Assembly: GCA_030390025.1 (NCBI GenBank)
Contig: CM059432.1
Location: forward strand, 53,570,001-53,634,000
Direction: 5' to 3'
Origin: Squalus acanthias
Lineage: Eukaryota
Length of the DNA: 64,000 nucleotides
Shown here: positions 24,801 through 37,005 of the stretch, piece after piece
How the letters are laid out: every line of letters begins with the position of its first letter
How positions within the stretch are numbered: the stretch's first letter is position 1
Position numbers and translations under genes: made by a program
The notes under the pieces: model-generated
Told to the model about the DNA's origin: nothing
Seen by the model: the letters and a program-made list of their open reading frames with translations, nothing else
Database searches by the model: none

Positions 24801-25163
24801 AAGGACACCAGGAAATTCAATACCAGCATCAAACACTTCCAAGTTAGGTGTAACAGGGTTGGATGCAAACTAAAGCTCCCTCAACTCTGTCATGACTCAT
24901 ATAATGCATAAATAGATGAAGATTTTTGATGCACACAAATATCCACTCAGCAGTAAAAGAGAAATCCAATTCATAGATAACAGAAAGAAAGTCTGTAATA
25001 ACATTTAGGAAAGCAAGGAAAATAAAAATTAGTGAGAACTGTAAAATTGACTAACAACCTGATGCTTCATTAAAGTGAAGATACAGGAATGGCCTTCCAA
25101 ATTCATTTTTAGTATTAAATATAACTAGACTTCTTGGCAGTGGACCAGTGACAGGGTATCACT

Positions 25164-25773
25164 GGAGACTTTAGGTTGGGTGCTGAATAGGTCCTATATT
25201 GGCAGTGCACCAGTGCTGCTGCTTGTCTAAGGTGGTAGTCGAGAGGCCCAAACTACTTTCAGGTTTGGGCCTCATTAGCATGTTCTGGTTTGGCACCAGT
25301 AGCTCGTTAGTTTCGTCCGAAGGAAAATTGTCCGGTTATTGCACATAGCTGGCCTGCAGGTAAGGTCTGTTAGGATGGGAGAGTGAGAAGGGGCTGGTGG
25401 CAAACCGGAAGATTTTTCTGGGGCCTGGAGGAACACTCCTGTTCTCCTGGCTTAGCAAAAGTTTTAAAAAAAAACTTATCTTTGGGAGAGGTCTCCAGTG
25501 GTCCCTTTAAGGAGTGGCTCTCAATGTCTGGAGAAATGGGACTGGCATGTGCCACACATGCTTCACCCATTTCTCCTTGAAAGCTACAACAGGCATAGGA
25601 CCCTAACTTACATATTTAAACAGCCCTCCGCCTATTTTGAGTAAGAGTGCTGGACACCCATTTAAGACCTGCCAGAAAATTGATTGAGGTGGGCAAGTGG
25701 ATGCACAAGGTTCCCACCAGACTTTCAACTGCCCATTTTTCAGTGAGACATCCAGTAGTTGAAAGTCTCCCCC
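25164..25773. mobile_element. Possible old MITE
   Basis: GGAGACTTT at 25164 and AAAGTCTCCCCC at 25762-25773. No clear TSD. Confidence 0.4.
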
Positions 25774-26551
25774 ATCCAATGTTCCTTTTAATTCAAAGTC
25801 GTTTAATTCAAATTATCTTTAGCACCGAATTCCTACATTTCTGTGTTATTTATGTTGCTTAATTTGAATTACTTCTCTGCCTCCCACATGTAATTGATGG
25901 TAGGCCTTCAATGGGACATGTACTGACCTTCAGGGTGCTTCTGCCCGTTTAAGGTCCCTCAACGACTCCTCCAATGCTGCCATAGCAAACTGCTGCAACA
26001 CTGTCAAGATTGTCCTCTTTGGATAGGCAGAGCCCCTCTTGGTGTCTGAAATCCCAGCAGCAGCACACTGAGTGCCACAAATGAGCCCTGACCCGAGGAA
26101 ATGTGTCGGCGATGGGGTGCATTTGGATGGGAAGGTCGAAATCCTGCCACACTAGAACTCCACCCCAAACAGGAGAATCCTGGTCTTAAAGTCTACTAAT
26201 GGCAGGGACTTGTGAAGACATAGGGGTTTGGGAAGAGTGAGCAGCTATAGAAATATATATGTTAGATGACTGAGTGGTGTGCAGCGTTCAGATCTGTACA
26301 TTGCATCTGACAATTGATTCAAATCTAACTCAGAATTAAGGGATAAAAGTCTGTTCTCTCTGCAGGGTTAGATGAGTTTGGCCTGATTTTTAGTAGCCAA
26401 CCACCTGCAACACAAAATTGGCCAAGTGTGACACTAATTGGCACTCTCTCTCTCAGAAAGACCATAAAATGATTAATCATCACACCAAATTGTCTTCCTT
26501 TTCCACCTTTGTTAAACACACCTGCCTTTTTGACACCCACCCCCAACCTTT

Positions 26552-26663
26552 AAAAGAAAGACTTGCATTTATATAGCGCCTTTCACGACCACCGGATGTC
26601 TCAAAGCACTTTACAGCCAATGAAGTACTTTTGAAGTGTCGTCACTCTTGTAATGTGGGAAAC
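26552..26663 (-). mobile_element. DeuSINE (SacSINE1-like) 3' fragment
   Basis: Near-identical to 47859-47965 and homologous to the 3' end of 58410-58760. Confidence 0.75.
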
Positions 26664-27739
26664 ATTTTTGAATAATATAGTAGAGTAACCTCCCCATTAG
26701 AGAAGCCATTTGTTCGTGTATCCCTGTAGGAGTGGACTATCCCCAGATCCTGAGCATACCAGGAATTTGCATGTTGATAATTCTTAACTAATCTAGGTTG
26801 AACATTAAGTACATGTTTTGAGTTGCTGCAATTTTGAAACTACAAGCAGTAAATAGTTCCGCATTGGATTAGGGCCCAGTCATTGATTATTCTGATCACA
26901 GTGACTCATCACCCAGCATTTCAATCTAGCATTTCTCAAATGTTTATGTTCTAACCCTATTGTACCTTTATGCATGTTCTCCTACATAGCCATTTAACAT
27001 ACCTTATTGAAATGTTAACTAAAAAATAAAGGAACAATTTACAGTCTGTTTTTTTCAGTATTTGCATTAAATCTTTGGATGCTTTCACACTCACCTCTAG
27101 TTCTGTGCAGTTTTTTTCAGATAGGATGGTGGAGCAGTTCAAGCCAATTAGATCTCTAGGCCAGCACCAATGCCACTCTGATCAGTGAAGTAGTGCACTC
27201 GTAATGGAGCTAAATTAAAAGTGTCTGATCCTGAGATGGCATTCTATGATAAAGGCATCATTAATGTGTTGGATTTCAGTGAGTGTGGGAGTGAGTAGGA
27301 GATTTCCTCCCTACGACGAATTTTCAGATTCCACTGGTTAACAGTTTTGACACCATAGCCAGTGACCTCTGAATTATTACGTATTCTTACACTCAGAGTA
27401 GGTACAAGCAAGGAAAGTTGAAAGTACGTCATTGTCTCTTCTGTGTGTGCATTTAATGCAATTATTATAGCTATAGTAAAGGGAAATGAATAGTGTGAGT
27501 ACACAAAAGTGTACTAAAACACACAAATAAGGCAAGAAATTAATTTTTGTTTCAGATACAGTGAAGATATCAGGCAGAAAAGTTCCCAAGAAAAATACTA
27601 CAATGAATAACACTCTACTTAGGAGTCTGACAAGAACACGATTTTCCATTAATTTCTATGGTACTAAATCGCTGATCAGAGCGAATGGTTCTACTTACAT
27701 TGCACTAGAGTAACCATTTTGTTCGACAGGCTGCCTCAT

Positions 27740-28080
27740 TAAGCCAATACAATGTTGAATGACATGCCCAAAAGAGTGGAATATAATTAAGTGGAAGTAG
27801 TGACTAAATTGTATAGTGCTGTGGTCAGACCACACCTTGAGTGCTGTGTCCATTTATGATCACTAAGAAACAAGGTAGATAATCAAGTGCTGGTGGCAGT
27901 GCAGAGAAAAGCCACAAGGCTGATCGCTAGTGTCAGGGGTCTACATTATAAGGAAAGACTGGAGAAACATGGGTGTTTCAGCCTGGAAAAGAGGGGACTG
28001 AGAGGTGATCTTATAAACTTATATAAGATAATAAATGTATGGAAAAGGTCAATCTGGAGTACTATTTTAAATTGAACTGT
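27740..28080 (+). mobile_element. Old CR1 RT fragment
   Basis: VRPHLE, AVQRKATRLI and LRGDLI motifs with stops. Confidence 0.75.
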
Positions 28081-28289
28081 AGGCACAGCTAATGGCTTAC
28101 CCCACAGACCCAACACATGGCACTATAAAAAGCTGAGAACAGACGCCATCCCTCAGAGTGAGCCTGTTTTGAAATCACCTAAAATCAAATTTTAAAAGTT
28201 AATTTCAGTTTATAAATTGTTATTAAATGCTGTAAAAAGTAGTTTTTGGTGTCTGCACGTCCCCTTTCTCATTTGCAGGAGGAATAAAA

Positions 28290-29030
28290 CAAAGGACTCA
28301 GAACTTCAGGAATGAGGACATGTTGGTCCTCCCCGATGTGGTGGAGCTGAGGCAAGACCAGCTACTGGGGACACCAAGGGTGAGGGTTCCCTGCAAGGTG
28401 AGCCAGGCAACATGGAGGGAGGTGGTCGGGGCCCTAAGCACCACATTAGTCATTACACGCTCTGGCAACCAATGCTGGAAAGAAGTACAATGACCTGACC
28501 AGGGCAGGCAAGGTAAGCAGCTTCTAGAGTTTCAAAGATTTCAGAATTCAGTATTTTGTTAAAAATAGTAAGAGAAAAACAAGCAAATATGATCTGTCTG
28601 TGTAACAGTTCTTTAAAGGAGAGAGCTGGAAAGTTGTTGGCATGTTAATGCAATGATTGGAGATGGGGGTGGGACAGTCAGGTGGGATGGTGTTGACAGG
28701 TGCTTAGAGGCTGAGATGTGTTCGTTTATTGTGGGCAGAATCCAAAGGTAACTTAAAGTCATAAATGTCTGCTGTCGGGGAAACATTCTTTTCATCCTTT
28801 GGCTGCTAATGAATTAGGCAGCTTTTGTCTCTGTTGAAAAACACATTGAAGTCCCTCAGAACCCCTAATCAAGCTGGCACTTTGACATCTGTACCTCTCG
28901 CATGCCATCTCAATCTTCTGTTTCTCCGTGCAAGGCAAACTGGTGCACAACAAGCGACAGCACACTAGGACCTCAGCGAGTACCCCTTACCTGAAGGAGC
29001 TTACTGTGCACAAGGAGAAGGCCCAGCAGT
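28290..29030 (+). pseudogene. Old Harbinger Myb-like gene remnant (exon 1 ~28290-28512, exon 2 ~28935-29030)
   Basis: WREV...NQC..KKYNDLTRAGK|gtaagc and AKLVHNKRQHTRT. Confidence 0.6.
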
Positions 29031-29034
29031 TAGA

Positions 29035-29161
29035 GGGAGTCCAGAAATATGGGGATAGGGCAGGAAAGTGGAATTGAGTTAGAAGATCAGCCATATTATT
29101 GAATGGTGGAGCAGGCTCGAGGGGCCGTATGGTCTACTCCTGCTCCTATTATGTTCTTATG
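29035..29161 (+). mobile_element. CR1 3' UTR fragment
   Basis: gatcagccat...gaatggtggagcaggctcgaggggcc...ctactcctgctcct plus tail. Confidence 0.85.
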
Positions 29162-29834
29162 GTTCAGGTGGTGAAGATGAGTCCATTTGAAATCCAGAAA
29201 ATTTAAATAAATTACTCAGATTGAAGAATAAAAGTATGGATAGTGATTTGATCCAAAGCTAAATCATAACCAGTCATACTTTAGCAAATCATAAAATAAA
29301 TTATAATCTACTTTATATGAGTTTAATCAATTACTGTTCTTTTGAAAAGAAGGCTCATCAAATTAAAATTGTTGGGCCTAGAAATTCGGGGGTTTAGCGC
29401 GAGCCGTTAAGGCCCATTTTGAAGAAAAAATGGCGGTTGACTCGCTTCTGGCAGGTCCCACGGCAGCCACCATTTTCGGCAGGTTGGCAGCGCTCACTGC
29501 AGAAATGGAAATGAGGCAGATCGTGACGTCAGTGAGTGTGCAATGGTCATTTGATGCACGATCTGCCATTTTCAACGTCGTCGTTCCACTTACCGCCCTC
29601 TCTTAATCGCAACCAGCTGACCAAGCGTTTTGCAGCAGGAAGGAGACCCCAGCAGCAATATTTACAGGGATCATCAGCAACAACTTGCAGCTGACATGGT
29701 TTCTCAGTTTGACTGGCTCTGTCTAAGTTTCTAAACTTGTTTAAAGTTCCTGAGGTGACAGGGAGAGTTGGTGCAAGTGAAGAACGCCTTGATTCTCATT
29801 TAAAGGCTTCTGCTCACACCACTTGCTCACAGTC

Positions 29835-30984
29835 ATGGGGGCTCTACTTGCAGTCCCCCTTGCGCTGGATTATCTTCGGGAGAGGGAGTGGAGGCAGCGA
29901 AGAAGAGGCGAAGATGCTCACAGAGGGAGGAGGAGGAGGGGCAGGAGGGCACTCAACAGGAGGCATCACCCATCTAGGGTCTTCCAAGAGCACTTCACTT
30001 ACCTCCACTTAAGTGAGGTGCAGTGTATTGGGAGGGTCCGCTTCACCAAGGAGGTTGTCACAGAACTCTTCCACCTCCTGCAACCAGACCTGCAGCCTCA
30101 GAGCAGGGTGACCATGGCTCTCCCAGTGGCCCTCATGGTCACCATGGTCCTCAATTTCTTCACCAGCAGATCCTTCCAATCTACAGCAGGAGACATAGCT
30201 AACATCTCCCAGTTCACTACACATCGCTGCATCCTGGAGGTCACAGAGGCGCTGTACTCCAGGAGAAGGGGTTACATTGTCTTCTCCATGAACAGATAGA
30301 AGCAGGAGGAGCGTGCATGTGGCTTTGCCAGGATATCGGGCTTCCCCATGGTGCAGGGAGCCATCGACTGCACCCACGTGACTTTACAGGCACCGCATAC
30401 CAATCCTGAGATGTTCCATAACTGCAAAGACTACCACTCACGTAATGTGCAGTTGTTGAGTGACCACACCCAGAGAATACCAACTATTATGGCAGTCGTC
30501 ATGATGCCTTCATCCTGGTGCCAGCAATCTTCCAGCCAACATGTCAAACCTGATGGTGGCTGCTCAGAGATAAGGGCTATCTGATCTGCATCTGGCTGAT
30601 GACTCCCCTCCGCAACACCACTACTTGTGCAAGCACTCATATAATGAAAGCCATGCTGCCACCAGGAACATCATCGAGCAAACCATCAGGGTGCACAAGC
30701 AACGGTTCCACTCCTTGACTGCTCGGGAGGAGCCCTCCAGTACTCACTGGAGCGGGTGTCCCATTTCGTGGTGGTCTGCTGCATGCTCCACACTTTGGCC
30801 ATCATAAGGGATTGTGGGACCATCTTAGGAGGAGGAGGAGGGAGAGGAGGAGGAGGATAAGGAAGGGGAAGAGGACAAGGATGAGGAGGAGGAAGAGGAA
30901 GAGGAGGGAGGGAGGAGGCAAGCAACAAATACCCGTTCTGGATGGGCTGTCCGTGAACGCTTCAGCAGACTCCGATTCCAGTGA
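29835..30984 (+). pseudogene. Harbinger DDE transposase
   Basis: MGALLAVPL..., [20 protein letters not shown] and a (GAG)n acidic tail. Several stops and frameshifts. Confidence 0.9.
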
Positions 30985-31156
30985 ATGAAACTCCAGATCC
31001 CCGTTGCTCACCCCATCTTCCCCATCACACCATCCCTCTGTCACAGAACATCACAGAGTCCTCCTGGCACAAAGCTGAAATGAGAGCCACCACAAAACAC
31101 ACATTCCAAATAAAAATCATAAATTTAACCGAATCGAATCAACATTACAATATTAA

Positions 31157-31795
31157 CTAATCGCCCTTGTGCATTCCCTTAGTGCCTGTCGTTCGTGTGC
31201 CTTTACCTAATCTAGTGCGCCTATGCAGTGCTCTTCCAGTGGCTGCAGCATGGTTGGTGGAAGGCTGCTGCGTTTCAGTGGGGAGACTACAGATTACAGA
31301 TTGCCTTGCAGGACAATCTCGACCAGCTGTGGACCTGGAAGATCCAGCTGTAGACTGCACCACCTCGGCATGGGCATCAGCAGTCTGGGCTGACAGGCAG
31401 TGGCAAGGCTAATGGTGAAGTGGCAGTTGTGGGAGTAGGATTGCTGTCATACTGAGAGAGGACAGCAGGTTCTTGCTTCACAGACCTGCCGCCACTCCCC
31501 TGGGGCGGTGCCTCAGCATTCCTAGCAATCTGTTGGAGGGCAGATTGCTGACCTGCTGTGACACCCTGCGAGCCCCTTTCGAGACTCGTTAACCCAGGGA
31601 CAATGCCAGCAGTCTGAGCTTCCACTGCAGCAGTGAGACTTTGGTTCGCTTCTGCCTGTGTTGCAATGGAAGCTGCGACATTGACCATCACACGTAGCTT
31701 CATGGTTGGGTCCACAAGGTCTCTCCTGGAGTTGTCCATCATTTTCATCCTGGAAATCATGGGCTCCAAGCTCAGCGCAAAGCCCCGTCCAATGT
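31157..31795 (-). pseudogene. Harbinger Myb-like gene, 3' part of exon 3
   Basis: QEPAVLSQYDS...QQPSTNHAAATGRALHRRTRLGKG...KGMHKGD*, homologous to 53491-53982. Confidence 0.8.
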
Positions 31796-31938
31796 TAGAA
31801 CATAAGAAATAGGAGCAGGAGTAGGCCATACGGCCCCATGAGCCTGCTCCGCCATTCAATAAGATCACGGCTGATCTTCGACCTCAACTCCACTTTCCCA
31901 TCTGATCTCCATATCACTTGATTTCCCTGGAGTCCTAG
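31796..31938 (-). mobile_element. CR1 3' UTR fragment
   Basis: Reverse complement of the CR1 3' UTR with a TTCTTATG tail. Confidence 0.85.
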
Positions 31939-32930
31939 AGCAGATGGTGGAGACAGGGACAGCAGTGGAGAGTCCACGTCGGAGGGTGCAGGATGCTCCA
32001 AGCTCTGCGCAGCTGGATGAAGTGGCTGAACCTCGGGGGCAACAGAATATGTGGGAGGCTCTGGCAGCTTTTCAAGCCGTGATGTGCTCGATTGTAGGGA
32101 GAATGGAGGAGTCCATCTCCAGCATGACCAGCATGATGTCACAGGCCATGGCTATGATGTGCTCATCCGTGGAAAGAGTGGCCACCTGCATGGAAGATCA
32201 AATGTGCCAGTTAAATGAGTGTATGGTTGCTGTGGACAACAGCTTGCAGACTGTGATTGCAGCCATATCTAGGATGGATAGAAACCTAGACTTGGCCATT
32301 CATCGCCCTATTGATGTGCAGCAAAGTGCTCTCCAGCTCCTTGCTAGTACAGAAGTGCGGGTGGGCTATGAGAGGGATGATGGTGAGAGAGGACATCGAA
32401 GTAGGGACTCTGCTCAAATCTCTCCCACTTCTCCCCTGTTGCCCCCCCCCTACCCCCCCCCCCCCCCCGAGTCAGAGTCCCACATGCTGCCTTGTATCCC
32501 GATGGCCGAGTCTGCCCCTGCACAGTTGCAGGAGGAGCAGTCTTTGGCGGGGCCCTCACAGGCTCCAAAACCCAGAGGATCTCCACCAAAAGTGTCTAAA
32601 CCATCAGAGCAGGGAAGTGAGCAGCCTCCCTCTACCTCTGTTGAAGCCACAGGGTTGCATGGCATAGCAATTGTAGAAAGAGAATGAAGACACAATTGTA
32701 GATGCACAAGGGTATGCACATGGGTGTGTTATAAAATGTTAGATGGTTAAGTTTCTGTTAAATTTATGAGCCACATAAAATTATTTGTTTGCACCACTTT
32801 CCCATCTTGTCCATTTTTGCCTGCTGCCTGGCAAGTGGCCTTATCAGTTGGAGTGAATGATAAGACATTACTTAACCTCGAGCAATGGGTGTGTGTGACA
32901 GGAATGGTTTGGTCATATAAGGGTTAAGTC

Positions 32931-33878
32931 ATGGCAGTAGAGCTCGGACCTGTGTCATGCTCCTCCTGTAACATGTGGGAAATTAGGGACGCTTCCTGTG
33001 TCCCTGACAACCATGTGTGCGGGAAGTGTGTCCAGCTGCAGCTCATGTGGGACCGCATGACGGCCCTTGAGCTGCGGATGGACTCACTTTGGAGCATCCA
33101 CGATTCTGAGAGGGTTGTGGATAACACATTTAGTGAGTTGGTCACACCGCAGGTTAAGGCCAGCGTAGATAGTACATGGGTGACCAAAAGGCAGAGCAAG
33201 GGCAGGAAGGTAGTGCAGAAATCCCCTGGGGTTGTCTCCCTTAGCAATAGGTTCACCGCCTTAGGTGCTGTTGTCGGGGGGGATGACTCATCGGGGGAAG
33301 GCACCAGCAGCCAGGCTCATGGCACCATGACTGGCTCTGTTGCAAAGAAGGGAGGGAAAAAGAGTGGCAGGTCTATAGTAATAGGGGATTCGATTGTAAG
33401 GGGAATAGATAGGGGTTTCTGTGGTCGCGACCGAGACTCCAGGATGGTATGTTGCCTCCCTGGTGCAAGGGTCAAGGATGTCTCGGCGCGGGTGCAGAAC
33501 ATTCTGGAGGGGGAGGGGGAACAGCCAGTTGTCGTGATACATGTTGGTACCAACGACGTAGCTAAAAAAAGGGAAGAGGTCCTACAAGTAGAATTTAGGG
33601 AGTTAGGAGCCAAGCTAAAAAGTAGGACCTCGAAGGTAGTAATCTCTGGATTACTACCAGTGCCACGTGCTAGTAAGAGTACGGAGAACAGGATAGTTAG
33701 GCTAAATACGTGGCTTGAGCAGTGGTGTAAGAGGGAGGGTTTTAAATTTTTGAGGCATTGGAACCAGTTTTGTGGTAGGTGTGACCTATACAAAAGGGAC
33801 GGTCTACACCTGTGCAAAGATGGAACTGATGTTCTCGGGGTAATTTTTGATAAAGCAGTTCGGGAGCATTTAAACTAG
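32931..33878 (+). CDS. CR1 ORF1p: N-terminal C4 zinc finger/coiled coil plus SGNH (GDSL-type) esterase domain
   Basis: CSSC...CGKC, IGDSIVRG, LPGA, HVGTND and DGLHL; 315 aa uninterrupted. Confidence 0.93.
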   Translation: MAVELGPVSCSSCNMWEIRDASCVPDNHVCGKCVQLQLMWDRMTALELRMDSLWSIHDSERVVDNTFSELVTPQVKASVDSTWVTKRQSKGRKVVQKSPGVVSLSNRFTALGAVVGGDDSSGEGTSSQAHGTMTGSVAKKGGKKSGRSIVIGDSIVRGIDRGFCGRDRDSRMVCCLPGARVKDVSARVQNILEGEGEQPVVVIHVGTNDVAKKREEVLQVEFRELGAKLKSRTSKVVISGLLPVPRASKSTENRIVRLNTWLEQWCKREGFKFLRHWNQFCGRCDLYKRDGLHLCKDGTDVLGVIFDKAVREHLN

Positions 33879-36820
33879 TATGGCAGGGGGCTAGAAACCT
33901 ATGTAGTGAAATAGAGGAAAGTGAAAGGCAGACAGAAATAAATGGTAAAAGGGTGAGGAACAAAAAACAAAGGGCTAAACCAATTCATAAAAAATGTGAG
34001 CATAAAAAAAGCCTGAGGGTTTTATACCTTAATGCGAGAAGCATCAGGAACAAGGTAGATGAATTAGCTGTGGAAATAGAGGTTAATAATTATGATCTAA
34101 TTGGGATTACGGAAACATGGTTGCAGGGTGAGCAGGGCTGGGAGCTTAACATACAGGGGTATTCAGTATTTAGGAAGGATCGACAAAAAAGAAAGGGAGG
34201 AGGGGTAGCATTGCTGGTAAAAGAAGGGATAAATGCAATTGAAAGGAAGGATATTAACTCAGTTAATACAGAATCTATATGGGTGGAGCTAAGAAATAGC
34301 GAGGGGCGAAAAACATTAATAGGAGTGGTATATAGGCCTCCAAATAGTAAAATAGAGGTTGGGGAGGGCATCACGAGGGAAATTAGAGAAGCGTGCAATA
34401 AGAGCACAACTGTCATCATAGGTGACTTTAACTTACATATAGATTGGAATAGCCTAATCAGTAAAAATAATGAGGAGGAGGAATTCCTTGAGTGTTTAAG
34501 GGATGGTTATCTGGATCAATATGTCGAGGAACCAACTCGGGAACAGGCTATATTGGACTGGGTACTGTGCAATGAGAAGGGACTAATTAGTAATCTTGTT
34601 GTACGGGGACCCTTGGGTCAGAGCGATCATAACATGATCGATTTCTCACTCGAAATGGAGAGCGAAGAAATTGACTCAGATACTAAGGTCCTGAATTTAA
34701 ACAAGGGGAATTATGATGCCATTAGAAGGGAACTGAGTAGGTCTGATTGGACAACGTTCCTGGGAGGACTGGAGGTAGATAAACAATGGCAAGCATTTAA
34801 AGATAGAATGACAAAATTGCAAAAATTGTTTATACCAATCTGGCATAAAAGGAAATCTAAAAAGGTGACTCAACCGTGGATAACAGGGGAAATTAGAGAC
34901 AGCATAAAATCCAAAGATAGGGCGTATAAAATAGCCAAAAAAAGCGCCAGAGCGGAAGATTGGGAACAGTTTAAGATAGAGCAAAGGAGGACAAAGGGCT
35001 TAATCAAGAGGGGCAAAATAGCTTACGAAAGCAAGCTGGCGGAAAATATAAAAACTAACTCCAAAAGCTTTTATAAGTATATCAAGAGGAAAAGACTGGT
35101 GAAAACCAAAGTTGGCCCATTGCAGTCAGATACGGGGGAATATATAACGGGAAATAAAGAAATGGCAGACCAACTAAATGCATACTTTGGGTCAGTCTTT
35201 ACGAAGGAAGACACAAAAAACCTCCCTGGGATATCGGGAAAAATAGGGACATTTGCAAAGGAGGAACTGACGCAAGTCAATATCTCTAAGGATATGGTGT
35301 TAAGGAAGCTAAAGGGATTGAAGGCGGACAAATCCCCAGGGCCTGATAACATGCATCCTAGGGTGCTGAAGGAGGTGGCCCTAGAGATAGCGGATGCACT
35401 AAGTATGATTTTTCAGAATTCATTAGACTCGGGAACAGTGCCCATGGATTGGAGGGTAGCTAACGTTACCCCACTATTCAAAAAGGGGGGTAGGGAAAAA
35501 GCAGGTAATTACAGACCTGTAAGCCTTACATCAGTTGTGGGCAAAATGCTGGAGTCCATCATTAAGGATGAAATAGCGGAGCACTTAGCAAATGGGGACA
35601 GGATAGGACAGAGTCAACATGGATTTACAAAGGGTAAATCGTGCTTGACTAATCTATTGGAATTTTTTGAGGGAGTAACTGGTAAAATAGATGGGGGAGA
35701 GCCAGTAGATGTGGTGTACCTGGACTTCCAAAAGGCCTTCGATAAGGTCCCACATAAAAGATTAGCAGGGAAAATTGAAGCTCATGGGATAAAGGGGAAA
35801 GTATTGACGTGGATAGAGAACTGGCTGTCAGATAGAAAACAGAGAGTTGGAATAAACGGCTCATTTTCTGAATGGCAGGCAGTAACAAGTGGGGTACCAC
35901 AGGGATCTGTCCTGGGTCCCCAGCTGTTCACAATTTACATTAATGACCTGGATCAGGGAGTCGGATGCAGCATTTCCAAATTTGCAGACGACACTAAACT
36001 AGGAGGGGGGGTGGGCTCAGAGGAGGAGACCAGGAAGCTCCAGAGCGATTTGGACAGACTGGGTGATTGGGCGGATAAATGGCAGATGCACTATAATGTG
36101 GACAAGTGCGAAGTTATCCACCTTGGGTGCAGGAACGGGAGGGCAAATTATTATTTAAATGGCAATAAATTGGGAGAGGGGGAAGTACAGAGAGACCTGG
36201 GTGTTCTTGTACACCAGTCACTGAAGGCGAGCATGCAGGTGCAACAGGCGATCAAGAAGGCAAACGGTATGCTGGCCTTCATAGCAAAAGGGTTGGAATA
36301 CAGGAACAGGGATACCTTGCTGCAGCTGTACAGGGCACTGGTGAGACCACACCTCGAGTACTGTGTACAGTTTTGGTCGCCTCATCTGAGGAAAGATGTT
36401 CTTGCCATGGAGGGGGTGCAGCGGCGATTCACCAGGCTGATACCAGGAATGGCGGGATTGACCTATGAGGAGAGACTATGTAGTTTAGGGATGTACACAC
36501 TGGAGTTTAGAAGATTGAGAGGGGACCTCATAGAAGTGTATAAAATTCTGACAGGTCTAGACAGACTAGATGCAGAAGGAATGTTTCCCTTGGCGGGTGA
36601 GAACAGAACTAGAGGACATAATTTAAGGATAAGGGCTAAACCATTTAGGACAGAAATGAGGGGGAATTTCTTCACTCAGAGGGTGGTGAACCTGTGGAAC
36701 TCATTGCCACAGAGGGCAGTGTACGCCAGCTCATTAAATATATTTAAGAGGGAATTAGATATATTTCTACAGGCAAAAGGGGTTAAGGGTTACGGAGAGA
36801 AGGCGGGGACGGGATACTGA
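33869..36820 (+). CDS. CR1 ORF2p: APE endonuclease plus reverse transcriptase
   Basis: NARS, ITETWL, GDFN, SDH, LDFQKAFD, GVPQGSVLGP and FADD with no stops. The frame is open from 33854 and the first ATG is at 34634. The start given is the slippery site. Confidence 0.95.
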   Translation, partial: FKLVWQGARNLCSEIEESERQTEINGKRVRNKKQRAKPIHKKCEHKKSLRVLYLNARSIRNKVDELAVEIEVNNYDLIGITETWLQGEQGWELNIQGYSVFRKDRQKRKGGGVALLVKEGINAIERKDINSVNTESIWVELRNSEGRKTLIGVVYRPPNSKIEVGEGITREIREACNKSTTVIIGDFNLHIDWNSLISKNNEEEEFLECLRDGYLDQYVEEPTREQAILDWVLCNEKGLISNLVVRGPLGQSDHNMIDFSLEMESEEIDSDTKVLNLNKGNYDAIRRELSRSDWTTFLGGLEVDKQWQAFKDRMTKLQKLFIPIWHKRKSKKVTQPWITGEIRDSIKSKDRAYKIAKKSARAEDWEQFKIEQRRTKGLIKRGKIAYESKLAENIKTNSKSFYKYIKRKRLVKTKVGPLQSDTGEYITGNKEMADQLNAYFGSVFTKEDTKNLPGISGKIGTFAKEELTQVNISKDMVLRKLKGLKADKSPGPDNMHPRVLKEVALEIADALSMIFQNSLDSGTVPMDWRVANVTPLFKKGGREKAGNYRPVSLTSVVGKMLESIIKDEIAEHLANGDRIGQSQHGFTKGKSCLTNLLEFFEGVTGKIDGGEPVDVVYLDFQKAFDKVPHKRLAGKIEAHGIKGKVLTWIENWLSDRKQRVGINGSFSEWQAVTSGVPQGSVLGPQLFTIYINDLDQGVGCSISKFADDTKLGGGVGSEEETRKLQSDLDRLGDWADKWQMHYNVDKCEVIHLGCRNGRANYYLNGNKLGEGEVQRDLGVLVHQSLKASMQVQQAIKKANGMLAFIAKGLEYRNRDTLLQLYRALVRPHLEYCVQFWSPHLRKDVLAMEGVQRRFTRLIPGMAGLTYEERLCSLGMYTLEFRRLRGDLIEVYKILTGLDRLDAEGMFPLAGENRTRGHNLRIRAKPFRTEMRGNFFTQRVVNLWNSLPQRAVYASSLNIFKRELDIFLQAKGVKGYGEKAGTGY

Positions 36821-37005
36821 ATTGGAGGATCAGCCATGATCTCATTAAATGGCGGAGCAGGCTCGAAGGGCCGGATGGCCTACTCCTGCTCCTATCTTCT
36901 ATGTATCTATGTATCTATGTCATTTTAGGACTGCTTTGTGGTGATGGTGGGGAGGCAGGGGGGAGGGGAAGTTGGTTCAGCATCTGGGTGCCATACTGTT
37001 ACAAC

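Larger units (their letters stand above)
32917..36918 (+). mobile_element. Young CR1 LINE with both ORFs intact
   Basis: TSD GTCAT (32912-32916, 36919-36923) and (TATCTATG)n tail. Only 14 bp precede the ORF1 ATG. Confidence 0.95.
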
